DNA from: Abditibacterium sp.
GTDB taxonomy: Bacteria; Armatimonadota; Abditibacteriia; Abditibacteriales; Abditibacteriaceae
Direction of reading: 5' to 3'
Assembly (NCBI GenBank): GCA_965246885.1
Contig: OZ251992.1
Coordinates: forward strand, 2,592,001-2,656,000
Length of the DNA: 64,000 nt
Shown here: positions 42,881 to 53,482 of the stretch, one piece after another
Layout: the number at the start of each line of letters is the position of its first letter
Position numbering within the stretch: the first letter of the stretch is position 1
Notes under the pieces: model-generated
Told to the model about the DNA's origin: nothing
Seen by the model: the letters and a program-made list of their open reading frames with translations, nothing else
Database searches by the model: none
Translations under genes and position numbers: made by a program

Positions 42881-45238
42881 ATGCGAGTACTTTTAGAACA
42901 CGACCCCTTCGAGCGCGGCGCCGAGCGCGCTTTCGAGCAAGCCGGACTGTGGCCCGCGCGTTGGATTCACCTGCCCGACTCGGACGTGCGGCCCTTTTTC
43001 GCGGCCTATAAGTGCGCCTTTTCCCTGCCGGAAGCGCGGACGGTGCGCGTTCATGTGTCGGCGGACGAGCGGTATCGCTTGTTCCTCGACGGGCAGCGCG
43101 TCGGGGTTGGCCCGGAGCGCGGCGACGCCCTCGCGTGGTGTTTCGAGAGCTACGACCTCGACTTGGCGGCGGGCGAGCATTTGTTCGTCGCGCAAGTTTG
43201 GAGCTTGGGCGAAGGCGCGGCGTTCGCGCAGATGAGCGTGCGGCACGGCTTTTTGCTGTGTCCCGACGACGCCGAACTCGTGCCGCTTTTGGCGACGGGA
43301 TATGCGCCTTGGGCGGGCAAGGTTCTGGGCGGTCTCGAATCGCGCGACAAGCTGTGCGCGTGGGGCACGGGCGACAAACTGCGCGTGAACGGCGCGCTTT
43401 ACCCTTGGGGCTTCGAGCGCGGCGAGGGGGATTGGGGCGCGGTCGAGATGGCCGGAACGGGGGCGCGGGCCGGAGCCATTCCCAACGAGCGGCAAGTTCA
43501 TTTCCTCGTGCCCGCCATGCTGCCGCCGATGCTGGACGAGCCGCGCGTCGGATTTCGCGCCGTTCACGTCAGCGCGACCCCGGCGCCGACCTCGGAGGTG
43601 CCCTTGCGCAACGTGGACGATTTTGCCGGGGAACGCGGGGCGTGGCAGGAGTTTCTGAGCGGCGCGCGCGCGCTGGACATTCCGCCGCACACCACGCGGC
43701 GCGTGCTGGTCAAGCTCGACGATTACTTTTGCGCGTTCCCCGAACTGACGGTTTCGGGCGGGGCGGGCGCGGCGGTGCGCATCCATTGGAGCGAGGGGCT
43801 GTTCGAGAATCTGACCGACTGGAACAAGGGGCACCGCGACGAGTGGGAGGGGAAATTCTTTACCGCGATGTGGAACAAGCGCGACGGCGTGGGCGACGAG
43901 TTCCTGCCCGATGGGGGGCAAAATCGCACCTTCTCGACGCTGTGGTGGGAAGCGGGGCTGTGGCTCGAATGGCAGATAGAAACGCGCGACGAGCCGCTTT
44001 GCCTCGAACGCTTCGCGCTCCGCGAGACGCGCTATCCGCTTGAAATGGAATCGCGCTTCGCCTGCGACGACGCTGAGGTGACGGCGATGATTCCCATCAT
44101 GGTGCGCGCGCTTCAGATGTGCGCGCACGAGACTTACATGGATTGCCCGTTCTACGAGCAACTGATGTATATCGGCGACACGCGCTTGGAAGTGCTGCTG
44201 ACGTATGCCTTGACGGGTGACACGCGGCTACCGAAGAAGGCGCTGCGGGCGTTCGACCATTCGCGGGTGCGGTCGGGGCTAACCCAAAGCCGCTACCCGT
44301 CCAACGTCTTGCAAATCATCCCGCCGTTCTCGCTGTGGTGGGTGTGCATGGTTCACGACTTCGCACTGTGGCGCGACGAGCCGGAGTTCGTGGCGTCGCT
44401 GCTGCCCGGCGTGCGGGCGGTGTGCGACTATTTTGCGGGTTTGATTCGGGCGGAGGATGGCTTGATGGGCGCGCCGGACGGCTGGAACTTCGCGGACTGG
44501 GTCGGCATGACCGCTTTCCGCCGCGAAGGGGAGCCGCACTGGGAAAGCGGCATCCCGCCCGAAGGGTCGCGCGGCGTGTCGGCGATTCTCAATTTGCAGT
44601 TCGTCCTCGCGCTGCAAGCCGCCGCGCAGGTCGAGGAGTGGCACGGCGAAGCGGAGTTGGCCGCCTTGCAAAATCGCCGCGCCCTCGCGCTCTTTGAGGC
44701 GGTGCAGACGCACTTCTGGCGCGAGGAGCGCGGCCTGTTTGCCGACGACCTGAGCAGCGCGCACTGGAGCGAACACGCGCAGTGTCTCGCCGTTTTGACG
44801 GGGCTTTTGTCCGAGGAGCGCCGCGCCCAAGTCGAGCGCGGCTTGTTCGAGGCCCCCGACTTGGCGCGCACGACCATCTACTTTTCGCACTACCTCTTCG
44901 AGGCGTGCCGCGTGTTGGGGCGGATGGACAAGTTCTTCGCGCGCCTCGAAGATTGGAACACACTCGTCCACAACGGCCTCAAAACCACCATCGAATCGCC
45001 CGAACCGACGCGCTCCGACTGCCATGCGTGGGGCGCGCATCCCTTGTTCCACTTCTTCGCGTCCGTCGCGGGAGTGCGCCCGACCGCGCCGGGGTTCAAA
45101 CGCTTCCAATTCGCGCCGCAATTGGGCACGCTCGGCCACATCGAAGGCGAACTGCCGCACCCGCAAGGCACCATTTCCTTCCGCGTTTCCACGCATGAAA
45201 CGCACGTGTCCGCGCCCGCAGGCGTGGAACAGGATTAA
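42881..45238 (+). CDS. Alpha-L-rhamnosidase (GH78-like)
   Basis: VSADERYRLFLDG, ETYMDCPFYEQLMYIGD and RSDCHAW motifs. Confidence 0.9.
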   Translation: MRVLLEHDPFERGAERAFEQAGLWPARWIHLPDSDVRPFFAAYKCAFSLPEARTVRVHVSADERYRLFLDGQRVGVGPERGDALAWCFESYDLDLAAGEHLFVAQVWSLGEGAAFAQMSVRHGFLLCPDDAELVPLLATGYAPWAGKVLGGLESRDKLCAWGTGDKLRVNGALYPWGFERGEGDWGAVEMAGTGARAGAIPNERQVHFLVPAMLPPMLDEPRVGFRAVHVSATPAPTSEVPLRNVDDFAGERGAWQEFLSGARALDIPPHTTRRVLVKLDDYFCAFPELTVSGGAGAAVRIHWSEGLFENLTDWNKGHRDEWEGKFFTAMWNKRDGVGDEFLPDGGQNRTFSTLWWEAGLWLEWQIETRDEPLCLERFALRETRYPLEMESRFACDDAEVTAMIPIMVRALQMCAHETYMDCPFYEQLMYIGDTRLEVLLTYALTGDTRLPKKALRAFDHSRVRSGLTQSRYPSNVLQIIPPFSLWWVCMVHDFALWRDEPEFVASLLPGVRAVCDYFAGLIRAEDGLMGAPDGWNFADWVGMTAFRREGEPHWESGIPPEGSRGVSAILNLQFVLALQAAAQVEEWHGEAELAALQNRRALALFEAVQTHFWREERGLFADDLSSAHWSEHAQCLAVLTGLLSEERRAQVERGLFEAPDLARTTIYFSHYLFEACRVLGRMDKFFARLEDWNTLVHNGLKTTIESPEPTRSDCHAWGAHPLFHFFASVAGVRPTAPGFKRFQFAPQLGTLGHIEGELPHPQGTISFRVSTHETHVSAPAGVEQD

Positions 45239-45286
45239 CCCCACCGCCTTTTCCAACTGTTCTCGCGCCCGTTCGATATGCCACCA

Positions 45287-45475
45287 ATCGAGCTCGATTC
45301 ACGGCAGATCGAACTCGATGCGCGACATATCGAACTCGATGCGTGGCATATCGAACTCGATTCACGATAAATCGAGTTCGATTCATGGCACATCGAGTTC
45401 GATTCGTAAGACATCGAGTTCGATTCACGGCGAATCGAACTCGATGCGCGGCAAATCGAACTCGCGCAACGATTA
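45287..45475. repeat. Degenerate tandem array D, 9 x 21 bp with near-palindromic core ATCGARYTCGAT
   Basis: ATCGA(A/G)(C/T)TCG begins at 45287, 45308, 45329, 45350, 45371, 45392, 45413, 45434 and 45455. Confidence 0.92.
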
Positions 45476-45571
45476 ATCGGAGCCGATTATTGGTTGCGCG
45501 ACGGGACGGAAAAGCAGCGTGGCCCCGGTGAAGAGTTCACCAGGGCCACGCGAAAAGGGGACGAGGAGGGG

Positions 45572-46081
45572 CTACGAGCCGACGCGCTCGCTTTTGCCGG
45601 TCAGCCTGTCCCAAAGTTGGTAATCGGTGTCGGTCTTGGAAACCAGCTTTTGCCCCGCTTGCGCTTGGAGGTGCGGCGTGACGGGGTTCTCGCCGGACGC
45701 GATGATTTCCAAGCGGTCGGGGTGGTTCAAGTCCACGTATTTGGCGCCCTGCTCCAGCTTGCCGCCAACGGGCACGACGAGAATCTGCTTTAATTCGTCG
45801 GAGCCAAACTCCTTCATGGCGTCCACGAGCGCCTTGTCATCGTAGGCGCGCATCATGCGCTGCGGGCGCGCGTCGTGCGGGCCGGAGTTTTCGCCACTCC
45901 GTTCGTGCGGTCGCAGGTCGGCGTCGAAGTCGTCGCGGTCGAGGAGGTCGAGCGGCTCCTCGTTCTTGTGCCCGGTCTGCGCGTCGAGCGCGGAGTGATC
46001 CGTCTTGTGCGTAGCGGCGGAGCGCTCGTTGATTTTGCCTTTGTCTTGGCCGTCTTTCTTGTCGCGGTGTTTGTCTGACAT
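45572..46081 (-). CDS. Hypothetical hydrophilic protein
   Basis: 170 aa with host-like codon usage; LEQGAKYVDL...VSKTDTDYQLWDRL motif. Confidence 0.7.
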   Translation of the reverse strand: MSDKHRDKKDGQDKGKINERSAATHKTDHSALDAQTGHKNEEPLDLLDRDDFDADLRPHERSGENSGPHDARPQRMMRAYDDKALVDAMKEFGSDELKQILVVPVGGKLEQGAKYVDLNHPDRLEIIASGENPVTPHLQAQAGQKLVSKTDTDYQLWDRLTGKSERVGS

Positions 46082-46231
46082 AACGACGCGCGGAGAGTCA
46101 AATCGCGGGCCAACGGGCTGCAAGAGGGGGAGATTGGGGGACGGGGAGAAAGGGAGAAGTGGCAGCGCGGCATTCTCCCGCTCTTGCCCTTTCCCCCTCC
46201 CGAAGAGCGGAGCGCCTTTAAACTGGGCGTC

Positions 46232-47476
46232 ATGCCGCTTCGTTTTCTGACCGCCGGGGAGTCGCACGGCCCCGCCTTGACCGCCATCATCGAGGGGATG
46301 CCCGCCAATGTGCCGCTTCTCGCCGAACAAATAGACCACCATCTCGCGCGGCGCCAAGGGGGATATGGGCGCGGCGGGCGCATGAAGATCGAGACCGACC
46401 GCGCCGTCATCTCGTCGGGCGTGCGGCACGGGCTGACGATGGGCGGGCCGATTACCCTCACTGTTCCCAACCGCGACTTCGAGTCGTGGGGCGACGTGAT
46501 GCGCCCCGAACCCGTCGCGCGCTACGCGCAGGATTCCGTCAAGACGCGCCCGATTCAGATTCCTCGCCCCGGCCATGTGGACTTCGCGGGCGCCGTCAAG
46601 TACGACCCGCGCGACTTCGATGGGCAGACCGACATGCGCAACATCTTGGAGCGCGCCTCCGCGAGAGAAACCACCATGCGCGTCGCGGCGGGGAGTGTCG
46701 CGCGGCGGCTGTTAGAAGAGTGCGGGATTTTCCTCGGCTCGCACGTCGTTTCGATTGGCGAAGTGAGCGTGGAGTACGGCGACGTGCCCGACGCCCGCAC
46801 GCTCAACGAGCGCGCCGACGCCTCGCCCGTTCGGGTGCTGGACGGCGACGCGCAAGGGCAGATGATTGAAGCGATAGACGCCGCGATGCGCGAGCGCGAC
46901 ACCCTCGGCGGCGTGTTCGAGGTCGTGTGCGACGGCTTGCCGGTTGGGTTGGGCAGTCACGTTCATTGGGACAGGAAGTTGGACGGCCTGCTCGCGGGCG
47001 CCTTGATGAGCATCCACGCGATGAAGGGCGTCGAGATTGGTTTGGGCTTCGAGGCGGCGCGGCGGCGCGGCAGCGAGGTTCACGACCCCTTCGAGCGCGG
47101 CACGAACGGCAAACTTTTGGGCCGCACGCGCAACAACGCGGGCGGTCTCGAAGGCGGCGTCACGAACGGCGAGCCGCTTGTCTGCCGCGTGGCGATGAAG
47201 CCGATTTCGACCTTGATGAACGCGCTGCCGAGCGTCAACCTCACCAACGGCGACCCCACCGCCGCGCACGTCGAACGCTCCGACTACTGCGCTGTTCCGG
47301 CGGCGGGCGTCGTCGGCGAAGCGATGATCGCCCTTGTATTGGCGGGCGCCCTACTCGAAAAGTTTGGCGGCGACTCGCTCGGCGAGACCCGCGAGCGCGT
47401 CGAAGCGCACCGCCAACGAACCCGCGACTTGGCCCGCCAATGGAGTGCGGCAACCGTTCAAACTGTGTCCTACTAA
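46232..47476 (+). CDS. aroC: Chorismate synthase
   Basis: LRFLTAGESHG, RRQGGYGRGGRM, PRPGHVD, ERASARET and MKPISTL motifs. Confidence 0.98.
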   Translation: MPLRFLTAGESHGPALTAIIEGMPANVPLLAEQIDHHLARRQGGYGRGGRMKIETDRAVISSGVRHGLTMGGPITLTVPNRDFESWGDVMRPEPVARYAQDSVKTRPIQIPRPGHVDFAGAVKYDPRDFDGQTDMRNILERASARETTMRVAAGSVARRLLEECGIFLGSHVVSIGEVSVEYGDVPDARTLNERADASPVRVLDGDAQGQMIEAIDAAMRERDTLGGVFEVVCDGLPVGLGSHVHWDRKLDGLLAGALMSIHAMKGVEIGLGFEAARRRGSEVHDPFERGTNGKLLGRTRNNAGGLEGGVTNGEPLVCRVAMKPISTLMNALPSVNLTNGDPTAAHVERSDYCAVPAAGVVGEAMIALVLAGALLEKFGGDSLGETRERVEAHRQRTRDLARQWSAATVQTVSY

Positions 47477-47479
47477 ATC

Positions 47480-47980
47480 ATGATTCGCATGAACATCGAG
47501 GGCATCGGCTTCGACCACTACCGGCAAACCGTTGTCGTTCTCAAAGACCCCGACTCCGAAAGGTTGCTTCCGATCTGGATCGGCCCCGCCGAAGCGCGCG
47601 CCATTCAGATCGAACTTGAAGGCGCACGCCCCGGTCGCCCCATGTCGCACGACCTCATGCTCGCGCTCGTCGAAGCCCTGCGCGGGCGCGTGGCGCGCGT
47701 GGTCGTCAACGACCTGCTCGACGCCACCTTTTACGCGACCATTGACATAGATACCCCAACCGGCACGCGCCACATAGACGCCCGCCCCTCGGATGCCATC
47801 GCCCTCGCCGTGCGCGCCAAGTGCCCCATCTTCGTGGACGGCAACGCGCAGGGCGCCCTCGTGGACGCCGAAACCATCCAAGGCTCCCCCGACACCCGCG
47901 ACGACCCCGCCCAACTCCCCCCGCCCCCGGAAGAAGAAAGCGAAATCGAACGCTTCCGGCGGCTGTTGGGGGAGGATTGA
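47480..47980 (+). CDS. Bifunctional nuclease family (DUF151) protein
   Basis: LPIWIGPAEA, RPMSHDL and IDARPSDAIALA motifs. Confidence 0.93.
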   Translation: MIRMNIEGIGFDHYRQTVVVLKDPDSERLLPIWIGPAEARAIQIELEGARPGRPMSHDLMLALVEALRGRVARVVVNDLLDATFYATIDIDTPTGTRHIDARPSDAIALAVRAKCPIFVDGNAQGALVDAETIQGSPDTRDDPAQLPPPPEEESEIERFRRLLGED

Positions 47981-47988
47981 GAGAAAGC

Positions 47989-48945
47989 CTACTTCCGCCA
48001 CAGCGATTTCCAAGTTTCCCAGTCGCTCTGGTTCATTGAGTAATCGGCGAAAAGCGCGACTCCGTCGCACCGAACAGCGTTGGGGTTTCCGTCCAAGCCC
48101 TCGCGCACGGCACGCAGGGCAACGCGCAGGTTTTCCGCGTGGAGGTGGTGACTGAGGCCGCCATCTTTGTAAGCGGGAACAGCAATTAGGACGCGGCACT
48201 TGGTTCCTTGGGTGGCGCGCGGGATACGGACGCACTGCTGGCGCACGAGCCATGAGTAATGGCGCGGGAAGTAGAAGCCCGAATCATACGCCATCACCAC
48301 GATTTGGTCGGTTCGCGCGGCGACCTGCGCGAAGTAATCCTCGCTCCAGCCATAGGAACCAAGCGGCGCGGGCAACCACATCGGCGTCGCAATGGACAGG
48401 GGATGACCGAGGGTGCGCCCACGAATGGCGTCGAGTAGAAGCAACAAATTGCCGTCGCCGTCGGGCGGAATCTCATAGTCGAGGTGAATGCCGTCGAAGC
48501 CGTCCCCAATTAGCTTCGCGCACTCGCCCGCGATGCGTTCGCGTATATCCGCTTTGCCGATGTCTACGCCCGTGATGCCGCGCGCGTTGCCAACGTAAAC
48601 CCATGCAAAGCGACGCGCGGTGGGGTCGGAGGCGCGGAATTGCGCGTTGAATTTGCGCGCCGACTTGTGTATATCGAAGCGCAGGCGCCCCGATTGGCCG
48701 ATATAACGGACATGGAAAAATAAGTCGGCGAAGCCGCTCTGTTTCATCCGTGCAGCGAGATGGGCGGGCGATTCATGCCCTCGACCGCGCGCGAAGTCGA
48801 ACGCGAGGTAGACGCCGTTTCTCCCGGCATCAAGGCGGGGCGCCGCCGTTTTGCCAAGCGGATAAAGCGCGTAGTCGAGTGTCAAACCCAACGCGACGAA
48901 ACCGACGCAAAGGAAGAGGCGACGACGGCGACGCGGACGTTTCAT
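47989..48945 (-). CDS. GH18-like glycoside hydrolase
   Basis: GFDGIHLDYE (DxxxxDxE) and VMAYD motifs; N-terminal TM. Confidence 0.75.
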   Translation of the reverse strand: MKRPRRRRRLFLCVGFVALGLTLDYALYPLGKTAAPRLDAGRNGVYLAFDFARGRGHESPAHLAARMKQSGFADLFFHVRYIGQSGRLRFDIHKSARKFNAQFRASDPTARRFAWVYVGNARGITGVDIGKADIRERIAGECAKLIGDGFDGIHLDYEIPPDGDGNLLLLLDAIRGRTLGHPLSIATPMWLPAPLGSYGWSEDYFAQVAARTDQIVVMAYDSGFYFPRHYSWLVRQQCVRIPRATQGTKCRVLIAVPAYKDGGLSHHLHAENLRVALRAVREGLDGNPNAVRCDGVALFADYSMNQSDWETWKSLWRK

Positions 48946-48959
48946 TGTGGAAGGCGGCG

Positions 48960-49682
48960 TTACTCCGCGTGGTCTTCGGCGTGATCGTTGGCGGTGGGTT
49001 CGTCGCCGCCGGTGTTGTCTGCTGCCGTGCGGTTAGAGTTGGCGGTGGCGGCGCGGCGGGCGGCTTCGAGGCGGGCTTGTTTGGACGGGTTGCGCGCGCT
49101 CTTGGCGGCTTCTTTGGCGGCGGGGTCGGGCGCGGAGTCTTTGGGAGCGCCGCCGCGTTCGTAGGTGAGGTCGTACAAGCGGAAGGCTTGATCTATGATG
49201 GTGCCCGCGTCCACGCGGCCTTTGAAGCGCTCGATGCGCACTTTTTTGTGTTCGAGTATCTTGTAGTCCTCGAAGAACCTCTGGAGTTCGTTGAGGGTGT
49301 GGTCGGGAAGCTGCGAAATATCGCGCAGGTGGTTGTAGGCCGGGTCGTGCTCGTGGATGGCGATGATTTTGTCGTCCTCTTCGTCTTGGTCAATCATCTG
49401 CATCACGCCGATGGGCCGCGCGGTGAGGATGGAAAGCGGCATGACGGGTTCTTGACCGAGGACGAGGATGTCGAGCGGGTCGGAATCGTCGCAGTAGGTG
49501 CGGGGGATAAAGCCGTAGTTCGCCGGGTAAAAGACGGCGGAGTAAAGGACGCGGTCGAGGCGCAGGAGGCCCGACTCTTTGTCGAGTTCATACTTCAAGC
49601 GCCCGCCGCGCGGGATTTCGATGATGCAGTCGAGGGTATCGGGCGTGCTTTTGCGGGGTTCGATGTCGTGCCAAGGATTCAT
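48960..49682 (-). CDS. ppa: Family I inorganic pyrophosphatase with a low-complexity C-terminal extension
   Basis: [23 protein letters not shown] and FFEDYK motifs. Confidence 0.96.
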   Translation of the reverse strand: MNPWHDIEPRKSTPDTLDCIIEIPRGGRLKYELDKESGLLRLDRVLYSAVFYPANYGFIPRTYCDDSDPLDILVLGQEPVMPLSILTARPIGVMQMIDQDEEDDKIIAIHEHDPAYNHLRDISQLPDHTLNELQRFFEDYKILEHKKVRIERFKGRVDAGTIIDQAFRLYDLTYERGGAPKDSAPDPAAKEAAKSARNPSKQARLEAARRAATANSNRTAADNTGGDEPTANDHAEDHAE

Positions 49683-49763
49683 AGAAACGAGCCTCGAAGT
49701 TTGCCCGACTTGGGCGCGCAGTGCTTGGTTTGCCCGACGAAAATGGCGCTTTGACCCGCAAAA

Positions 49764-51869
49764 ATGGGCAAATCAAGCGGGAAGCGCGGCGCGCGGTTAA
49801 AATTTCTTGCAATGCTTGGTTCGAGTCAAGGCGCTTTGCCCGAAGAGGTGGCGCCGTCGCCGTCTTCTCCTTTGCCCCCCAACGGGACAAAGGCGCGCCC
49901 GATGCGCTATGAAGTGCAGGAGCGATTGGGCGCGGGCGCGCTGTGGATTGTCTACCGCGTGCGCTCGGCGCCATCGGGTCGTAACGGGCGCGCCGGAGCG
50001 GGTGCGAGCGTTGCACTCAAAGCGCTGCGCGGCGCGGCCAATCGGCATTCCCGCTTGCCCTTGGCCCTGAGCGCGGCGGCCACTCACTGGTACGACCTCT
50101 CGCATCCGCACCTCGCCCCTCCGCTCGAATGGGGCGTCGAAAGCGGCACGACCTTCTTCACCTCCAAGCTCCTGTCCGGCGGCTCCCTCCACACCCGCTT
50201 GGAACGGGGGCCACTGCCCCCCGACGAGGCGCTGCAACTGCTCCGCTCGCTCGCGGGCGCCTTGACGTATTTGCACGCCAAAGACTTCGTGCATGGCGAC
50301 GTGCGCCCGCGCCAGATTCTGTTCGATTCCAGCGGATTTCCCATCCTCACCGATGGCGGACAAGCGGGCGCTTTGGTGCAAGCGGGCTTGGTCTTGTCCG
50401 ACTTGCAACCCGATACCGCGCTCTTTCTGGCGCCCGAACGCTCGGCGGGAACGGCCCCGACGCCCGCGAGCGACGTCTACTCGCTCGGCGTCACCTTTTA
50501 CGCCGCGCTCACGGGGCGCGTGCCGTTCGAGGCGTCCTCGCCCCTCGCCATCGCCGCGCGCCACCGCCACGAAACGCCGCCTCCGCCTTCTTCCCTCAAC
50601 TCGCGCATCTCGCCCGAACTGGACGCGCTCGCCATGCGCTTGCTCGCCAAAGTCGCCGACGCGCGCCCGTCGGCGTTTGAATTGGAGCGTTTATTGGCGC
50701 CGCGCGCGGTCGCGCCAACGGCTGACGCAGTCGCGCCGACGGTTCCCGCAGTCACGCCGACCGTTGCCGTAGCTGCGCCGACGGCTGCCGCAGTCACGCC
50801 AACGGTTGCCGCAGTCACGCCAACGGTTGCCGTAGCTGCGGCGACGGCTCCCAAGCGGCGCCCGCTCGATGACTTGGTTCAGCAGACTCTGCACGCGCAA
50901 GACGAAGAAACGCGCGAAAAAGCGATGAAGAAACTGAAGCGGCGCCACGTGTGGCGCGAGTTCGGCGGCATGCTCGGCGCCATTTTCTGTCTCCTCTTGC
51001 TCGTGAGCGGTGGCGTGGGCGGCGGGCTGTGGGCGTACAACTCCGTGTTGGCGCAAATCCCCAAGCAGGTGATTGTGCCCGCGTATCTGGGCAAAACGCA
51101 AGATCAAGCCAAGCAGATACTGGCCAAAGCTGGGCTAACGCTTAAAGTCACGCGCGAGTCCTACGACCCTAAAGTGCCCGCCGGAACCGTCATGGACGGC
51201 GACCCCGCGCCGGGCCGCGACGTGCGCTCCCGCCGCGAAGTCTTCGTTACCGTGTCGGCGGGCCAAGCGCCCATCAAAATGGTGGACTTCTCGCAGCTTA
51301 CGCTCGACCAAGCGCGCACCATCATCTTGCAGCACGGCATGAAGCTTGGCTCCATCGCCGAGCAATACGACGACAAAACCCCGCGCGGCGCGGTCATCGG
51401 CCAATTCCCCGAACCGGGCGACTCGTTCTCGCGCGCGCAGGCCATTACGCTCGTCGTGTCGCGCGGCCCGCAGCCCAAAGAGTTGGACGCGCAGAACGGG
51501 GAGTTCGTCTTGCCCGACCCGCTCGCCGACGCGCCGCCCGCCCCCGCTCAGGCGCCCTTCGACACCGGCGACGCCTTTGCCCCGCTTGAACCGGCGGCGG
51601 GCGCGCCCGCTCCCAACCAAACCCAGCCCAACGGCCAAACTCTCGAAACCCGCTCAGCGCGCGTGAGCGTTTCTATTCCCAAGGGTGGCGGCACGCAACT
51701 CGTGCGCATCATCGTGCGCGACGCGGGCGGCGAGCGCACCGTTTATCAAAAAGCGCACGCGGCGGGCGACCAGTTCAAGAAAAAAGTTACCGTCTCGCGC
51801 GCGGCGGGCCAGAAAGCGTTGGTGCGCGTTTTCGTCGGCGATAATCTGGCGACCGAAGACCAGATTTAA
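49764..51869 (+). CDS. PknB-like Ser/Thr kinase-fold protein with PASTA domains (degenerate active site)
   Basis: Kinase fold (VALK, HGDVRP, APE, SDVYSLG), a TM segment and two PASTA repeats; start uncertain. Confidence 0.85.
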   Translation: MGKSSGKRGARLKFLAMLGSSQGALPEEVAPSPSSPLPPNGTKARPMRYEVQERLGAGALWIVYRVRSAPSGRNGRAGAGASVALKALRGAANRHSRLPLALSAAATHWYDLSHPHLAPPLEWGVESGTTFFTSKLLSGGSLHTRLERGPLPPDEALQLLRSLAGALTYLHAKDFVHGDVRPRQILFDSSGFPILTDGGQAGALVQAGLVLSDLQPDTALFLAPERSAGTAPTPASDVYSLGVTFYAALTGRVPFEASSPLAIAARHRHETPPPPSSLNSRISPELDALAMRLLAKVADARPSAFELERLLAPRAVAPTADAVAPTVPAVTPTVAVAAPTAAAVTPTVAAVTPTVAVAAATAPKRRPLDDLVQQTLHAQDEETREKAMKKLKRRHVWREFGGMLGAIFCLLLLVSGGVGGGLWAYNSVLAQIPKQVIVPAYLGKTQDQAKQILAKAGLTLKVTRESYDPKVPAGTVMDGDPAPGRDVRSRREVFVTVSAGQAPIKMVDFSQLTLDQARTIILQHGMKLGSIAEQYDDKTPRGAVIGQFPEPGDSFSRAQAITLVVSRGPQPKELDAQNGEFVLPDPLADAPPAPAQAPFDTGDAFAPLEPAAGAPAPNQTQPNGQTLETRSARVSVSIPKGGGTQLVRIIVRDAGGERTVYQKAHAAGDQFKKKVTVSRAAGQKALVRVFVGDNLATEDQI
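50706..50852 (+). repeat. In-frame tandem array E, 7 x 21 bp (AVTPTVA-type heptapeptides)
   Basis: GCAGTCACGCCAACGGTTGCC-like units in the kinase juxtamembrane linker. Confidence 0.9.
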
Positions 51870-51875
51870 CGTTCC

Positions 51876-52481
51876 TTACTTTCGCGCCAGCCACACGCGC
51901 ACCGCGTCCAGTTCGGCGCGCGCGAGGTCGTGCCCGGCGTCTTGCCAGTGCAGTTCGACATCGGCGCCGCCCGATTGGAGCAAGCGCGCTAAGTTCTCGA
52001 CATCCGCGACGGGCACTACGGGGTCAAAGCGGCCCGCCGCCAAGTACACTCGCTTTGCAGCGAGTGGGGGCGAAGCGGACGGCGTAAACGGCGTCATGGC
52101 CCGCAATAATACGGCGCCCGCCAAAGTCGCGGGGCGTTGCAACAAGAGCGAGGCAGCGATGTTGGCGCCATTGGAATAGCCCAGCGCCCACACATTTCCG
52201 GTGTCGAAGCCGTATGTGTGGGCAGAAGCGGCAACGAACTCGGCGAGGGCGTCGGTTTGAACGCGTAAGTCGTCGAGGTCAAAGACGCCTTCGGTGAAGC
52301 GCTTAAAGAAGCGGTTGGCGCCGTGTTCGCTCACCCGACCGCGCGGAGCCAACACGTTCGCGCCGGGGAACAAATCGCGGGCGAGAGGTAACAAGTCGCG
52401 CTCACTCCCGCCCGTGCCGTGCAATGCCAAGACGGTGCGCCCCGTTGTTCCGGCGGAGTAGTGGTGAAGAAAGTTGCTCAC
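51876..52481 (-). CDS. Alpha/beta hydrolase (MhqD-like carboxylesterase)
   Basis: LHGTGG, GYSNGANIA, DPVV and GH motifs; overlaps the dioxygenase stop. Confidence 0.92.
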   Translation of the reverse strand: MSNFLHHYSAGTTGRTVLALHGTGGSERDLLPLARDLFPGANVLAPRGRVSEHGANRFFKRFTEGVFDLDDLRVQTDALAEFVAASAHTYGFDTGNVWALGYSNGANIAASLLLQRPATLAGAVLLRAMTPFTPSASPPLAAKRVYLAAGRFDPVVPVADVENLARLLQSGGADVELHWQDAGHDLARAELDAVRVWLARK

Positions 52482-53392
52482 GCCGCCACCTCCGGCAAGC
52501 GAAGCGGCGGCAAGTTCGCCGCTATCTGCGCGCGATGTTTCTCGTATTGCGGCGGCAGTTGGAGCATCTGCCCCAACGCTTCGAGCGGCTCGTCAATGGC
52601 AAAACCCGGCGCGTCGGTGGCTATCTCGAACAAGACGCCGTTTGGCTCGCGGAAGTAGATGGAGCGGAAATACTCCCTGTCCATTACCGGAGACGCGCCC
52701 AAACCTGCTGCGCGCAGGTCGAGAAGCCAGTCACGCTGTTCGGCCTCGGACTGCGCGCGGAAGGCGACATGATGCACCCCGCCGCTTCCCATCCCGGCGC
52801 GCGGCGCTTTCGGGTCAACCACGAGCCGCACGAAATCGCCCGTCGGCGATGCCCATTCCCTTTCGCCGCGCGGCGTAAAGCCCAGTTCGCCTTCCAAAGT
52901 CGCCGCCGTCGCCGCGCTCGAACCGACGCGTAGCGTCACGCCACTCATGCCCGCGAGAGCGTACTCCGGCGCCACCACTTTTGTCCAAGGCGACACGTGC
53001 GCGGGCGTCGCGCCTTCGAGAATCTCATACTTCAAGCCGTCGAAGTCGGCGAACTGCACCGCACGTTCCGTTGGCTGCATCACGGCAACGCCCGCGCCCT
53101 GCAACCGCTCGAACCAGAAAGGGAGCGAGCCGTGCGGCGCGCGCAGATGGGTAATCTCGGCGGCGCCCTGCCCCACCCTTGCCCTTTGCGCCCCCGGCCA
53201 CGAGAAGAACGTCAGAATTGTCCCCGGCGCCCCCGATGTATCGCCGTAATACAAGTGGTAGCTGGACGGGTCGTCAAAGTTCACCGTGAGCTTCACCAGT
53301 CGCAGCCCCAGCACCCCCGTATAGAAGTCGAGATTGCGCTGCGGGTCGGAGGCGATGGCCGTGAGGTGATGCAAGCCGTTGGAAATGTGCAT
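52478..53392 (-). CDS. Ring-cleaving dioxygenase (MhqA/MhqO-like VOC family)
   Basis: GLHHLTA, TVNFDDP..YHLYYGD, HHVAFR and YFRSIYFREPNGVLFEIAT motifs. Confidence 0.95.
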   Translation of the reverse strand: MHISNGLHHLTAIASDPQRNLDFYTGVLGLRLVKLTVNFDDPSSYHLYYGDTSGAPGTILTFFSWPGAQRARVGQGAAEITHLRAPHGSLPFWFERLQGAGVAVMQPTERAVQFADFDGLKYEILEGATPAHVSPWTKVVAPEYALAGMSGVTLRVGSSAATAATLEGELGFTPRGEREWASPTGDFVRLVVDPKAPRAGMGSGGVHHVAFRAQSEAEQRDWLLDLRAAGLGASPVMDREYFRSIYFREPNGVLFEIATDAPGFAIDEPLEALGQMLQLPPQYEKHRAQIAANLPPLRLPEVAA

Positions 53393-53482
53393 GGCAGTTC
53401 GGGCGCTTGAAGCGCGGTTTCCGTTCCACCAAGCGCGCGGAATCCGGGATACGGATAGGAATTGGCGGGCCGGAGGCAAAAA

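Noticed and set aside
45287..45475. CRISPR call for array D
   Set aside because: The 12-bp core and 9-bp related linkers are far too short for CRISPR repeats and spacers
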